DNA of 18,580 nucleotides from Thermoproteota archaeon (GTDB lineage: Archaea > Thermoproteota > Thermoprotei > Thermoproteales > Thermocladiaceae): positions 1 through 18,580 of the forward strand of contig JAADER010000051.1 in the NCBI GenBank assembly GCA_013153275.1. Reading direction: 5' to 3'. The position numbers were made by a program, and so were the translations under genes. The notes beneath the pieces are model-generated. The model saw only the letters and a program-made list of their open reading frames with translations. It searched no databases and was not told the origin of the DNA. Within the stretch, counting starts at the first letter, position 1. Each line of letters starts with the position of its first letter. This document shows positions 16,186 through 18,580 of this stretch, in pieces.

Positions 16186-16551
16186 CTAGTAAGGTATCCC
16201 TAGGCCGTACTGCCTCTCAAGTTTCTGGAGATCTTGGGCTCTGATCTCAATTCTCTGTCCTGTTGGTAGCTTTCTACTTACTATGAATGGTAGCTTGCCC
16301 TGTCGTAGCTCCTCTATAGCTATGACTATGGGATCACATGTTCCAAGTTTAGACACATCCACTAGAGGTTTTGCACCCATTGCAAGCTGTTTAGCTCTCG
16401 CAGCTATTATTCTAGCGATCTCGTACTTAGTTAATCTCGGGGGAAAAGGTAAGGCCCCTTTCTCAAGAGAAGATATGAGCTCCTCAATAGTTTTTGGAAA
16501 ATGTTCCTCGAGATTGAATACTTTTATATTTGACTTAGATTTAGATGACAT
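16186..16551 (-). CDS. rpoK: DNA-directed RNA polymerase subunit K (Rpo6 / omega-like)
   Basis: The RPB6 core is RLTKYEIARIIAARAKQLAMGAKPLVDV...DPIVIAIEELRQGKLPFIVSRKLPTG. At 121 aa the protein is longer than typical archaeal Rpo6, with extensions of roughly 15 aa at each end. Confidence 0.88.
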   Translation of the reverse strand: MSSKSKSNIKVFNLEEHFPKTIEELISSLEKGALPFPPRLTKYEIARIIAARAKQLAMGAKPLVDVSKLGTCDPIVIAIEELRQGKLPFIVSRKLPTGQRIEIRAQDLQKLERQYGLGIPY

Positions 16552-16573
16552 GGTTAGAAGGTAGAGATGGTAA

Positions 16574-16586
16574 GAGTTTAGAAAGG
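16574..16586 (-). promoter_or_regulatory. TATA-like box for rpoK (leaderless)
   Basis: The minus strand reads CCTTTCTAAAC, centred about 28 nt upstream of ATG 16551. Confidence 0.35.
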
Positions 16587-16611
16587 TTTCGCTAGGCTGA
16601 TAGAGATCTTA

Positions 16612-18246
16612 TTACTCGCTCTCTTCTGGTAGTCCTGACTTCCTAGTCTTTCCTTCGCCCTTTGATGGTGCTGCTGCTATGATGTCATCTATTCTTAGTA
16701 TCATTATTGCTGCCTCCGTTGCAGCCTTCACGACGTTCTTCTTGACTAGCAGTGGATCTACGACGTTTAGCTTGTACATGTTGTCTATCTTGCATCCTAG
16801 GACGTCTACTCCAGCATCTACTTCTCCTGCCTCATGTCTTCTTCTGAGCTCTGCTATCGCGTCTACTGGGTCTAGTCCTGCCGTCATTGCTAGTATTGTC
16901 GGTATGTGTTCTAGGGCGTCTGCGAATCTGAGTACTGCTAGCTGCTCCTTCCCTGGTAGCTTTCTGCCCCACTCTCTCAGCTTTCTAGCGATCTCTATCT
17001 CGAATGCTCCTCCTCCAGGAACTATCTTAGGCTCTCTATATAGGTCACGTACCACGTGCAGTGCGTCCTGTATGCTTCTCTCTGCCTCATCTAGTATTCT
17101 GTCTGCTGCTCCACGTATCAGTATTGTTACAGCTCTCGGGTTTGGACATCCCTCTATGAAGACCATCTTCTCCTCACCTACCTTTCTCTCCTCTACTAGC
17201 TTTGCTGATCCTAGATCCTCTGGTCTTATGTCTCTCAGGCTAGTGATTATCTTTGCTCCTGTTGCTCTTGAAACCTTCTCTATGTCACTTCTCTTGACTC
17301 TCCTCACAGCAAGAATACCAGCCTTAGCTAGGAAGTGCTGTGCTATCTCGTCAATTCCTTTCTGACAGATGACTACGTTGACTCCCAGCTCCTTGAGCTT
17401 GTCTACATAGCTCTTAAGGATCTTCGCCTCCTCATCTAGGAATGCCTTTATCTGGTCTGGAGAGGATACTGTGATCTTTGTGCTCCATTCAGGCTTCTCG
17501 ATCTCTAGTGGACAGTCTAGGACTGCTATCTTAGCGTTCTCAACTCTCTTAGGCATTCCTGGATGTACAACCTCCTTATCGAGAACTATACCGTCAACAA
17601 GCTGGGTCTCATAGAGCGATTTTCCTCTCTTCTTCTCTATCTTTATCCAGTCCAGGTCAAGATAGTACTTACCATCTCTGACCTCTACGGCCTTGCTACA
17701 GGCCTCTACAACGATCCTTGCAAGGTACTCTCTAGCTTCTGCAACAACCTTGCTGCTGAGAGCATTCATTGCTACCTTCACGAGCTCCTCCTTGTCCTCA
17801 ACATTTATGGGCTTAGCTATCTCGTCAGCTATCTGCATTGCGTAGTCCGCAGCCTTCTTATATCCTGAAATTATGATGGTTGGGTGAATGCCCTCGTCCA
17901 GGAGCTTCTCCGCCTCCTCGAGAAGCTTGCCGGCGAGGACTACGGCTGTTGTTGTACCATCACCAACCTCGGCATCCATTGCCTTAGCGACCTCTACTAG
18001 GAGCTTTGCCGCCGGATGCTGTACCTCCATCTCCTTGAGTATTGTTGCTCCGTCTCCTGTTATGGTGACGTCTCCGAATGCGTCGATGAGGAGCTTGTCC
18101 ATTCCTCTTGGTCCGAGGCTTGTCTGGAGGATCTCTGCTATGACTTTGGCTGCCATTATGTTACTTCTTCGTGCGTCTGTGCCCGTTGTTCTCTGTGTTC
18201 CTTCCTTAAGGATTAGTACTGGCGCTCCTCCTCTTCTCTCGCTCAT
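16612..18246 (-). CDS. thsA: thermosome subunit (group II chaperonin, CCT/TCP-1 family)
   Basis: The family motifs are [58 protein letters not shown] and a helical-protrusion region. The ORF extends to GTG 18273, but that codon lies upstream of the transcription start predicted from the TATA at 18277..18284. I therefore prefer ATG 18246 ([16 protein letters not shown]). Confidence 0.95.
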   Translation of the reverse strand: MSERRGGAPVLILKEGTQRTTGTDARRSNIMAAKVIAEILQTSLGPRGMDKLLIDAFGDVTITGDGATILKEMEVQHPAAKLLVEVAKAMDAEVGDGTTTAVVLAGKLLEEAEKLLDEGIHPTIIISGYKKAADYAMQIADEIAKPINVEDKEELVKVAMNALSSKVVAEAREYLARIVVEACSKAVEVRDGKYYLDLDWIKIEKKRGKSLYETQLVDGIVLDKEVVHPGMPKRVENAKIAVLDCPLEIEKPEWSTKITVSSPDQIKAFLDEEAKILKSYVDKLKELGVNVVICQKGIDEIAQHFLAKAGILAVRRVKRSDIEKVSRATGAKIITSLRDIRPEDLGSAKLVEERKVGEEKMVFIEGCPNPRAVTILIRGAADRILDEAERSIQDALHVVRDLYREPKIVPGGGAFEIEIARKLREWGRKLPGKEQLAVLRFADALEHIPTILAMTAGLDPVDAIAELRRRHEAGEVDAGVDVLGCKIDNMYKLNVVDPLLVKKNVVKAATEAAIMILRIDDIIAAAPSKGEGKTRKSGLPEESE

Positions 18247-18274
18247 AGCTCTCGCTAGAGAGTTAGGGACCACT

Positions 18275-18286
18275 TCTATATAAACC
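18275..18286 (-). promoter_or_regulatory. TATA box of the thermosome gene
   Basis: The + strand reads TCTATATAAACC and the minus strand TTTATATA. The centre is about 34 nt upstream of ATG 18246. Confidence 0.5.
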
Positions 18287-18340
18287 TTTCTCTACCATGT
18301 TCCAGCATGCTTAAATCACCCTCCAGAGCTCTGATAGCCG

Positions 18341-18580
18341 ATGGGCAAGGTCAGGCCAAGATACATAAAGAACCTAGCGAGAAAGCTACTAGAGCTATAC
18401 CCAGACAAGTTCACCACAGACTTCGAGCATAACAAGAAGATGGTCATAGAGCTCGCAGACATACCCAGCAAGAGAGTCAGGAATCAGGTTGCTGGATACA
18501 TAACGCATCTAGTTAGGATGAAGATAGAGGAAGAAAAAGCTAAAGAAGAGGAGGAGCTTGTTGAAGAGCTCGGTGAGTAA
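18341..18580 (+). CDS. rps17e: 30S ribosomal protein S17e (eS17)
   Basis: [35 protein letters not shown]...[17 protein letters not shown] matches the S17e family pattern. The protein has an acidic C-terminal tail, and its stop codon is the last codon of the window. Confidence 0.9.
   Translation: MGKVRPRYIKNLARKLLELYPDKFTTDFEHNKKMVIELADIPSKRVRNQVAGYITHLVRMKIEEEKAKEEEELVEELGE

Noticed and set aside
18247-18273. GTG 18273 as the thermosome start (MVPNSLARA extension)
   Set aside because: The TATA box at 18277..18284 would place the transcription start near 18254, downstream of this GTG. The family N-terminus aligns better with [16 protein letters not shown] from ATG 18246. I cannot prove this without TSS data.
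16679-18283. + strand ORFs 16679..17365, 17563..17868, 17888..18283 and 18016..18216
   Set aside because: All are antisense or out of frame within the thermosome gene. Their translations are Ser/Leu/Ala-rich shadows.

Overview
This looks like an archaeal chromosomal window from a Thermoproteales-like crenarchaeon. The evidence is crenactin, Alba, a thermosome, Rpo7/Spt4/Rpo6, aIF2-gamma, eS24/eS17, C/D box sRNAs, and TATA boxes about 27 nt upstream of most start codons. I cannot name the species. The window is densely coding and mostly minus strand.

Layout from left to right:
1. A four-gene minus-strand operon (flavin reductase, TatD, Pcm, PAPS-reductase-like). Its last gene is very AT-rich, runs off the window edge, and is missing from the supplied ORF track.
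2. An accessory-looking stretch with an orphan 326-aa protein that has a PD-(D/E)xK-like C-terminus, a small membrane protein, and a COG1205/MrfA-type helicase fused to a DUF1998 Cys-cluster domain.
3. Two C/D box sRNA candidates, each filling the gap between convergent stop codons.
4. The conserved aIF2-gamma / Fcf1-like PIN / Rpo7 / Spt4 / eS24 array.
5. Directly upstream, a crenactin 'Arcade'-type cytoskeletal cluster. It comprises a 121-aa ORF, crenactin, a 244-aa coiled-coil protein, a 60-aa micro-ORF and an 825-aa Rad50/SMC-like zinc-hook ATPase.
6. Alba, a 130-aa orphan with a palindrome-flanked promoter, Rpo6, thermosome and eS17.

I found no CRISPR array, tRNA, rRNA, transposase or integrase. 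The items most worth follow-up are the crenactin-linked Rad50-like module with its translationally coupled partners, the foreign-looking PP-loop/DndC-like gene at the left edge, and the two sRNAs.
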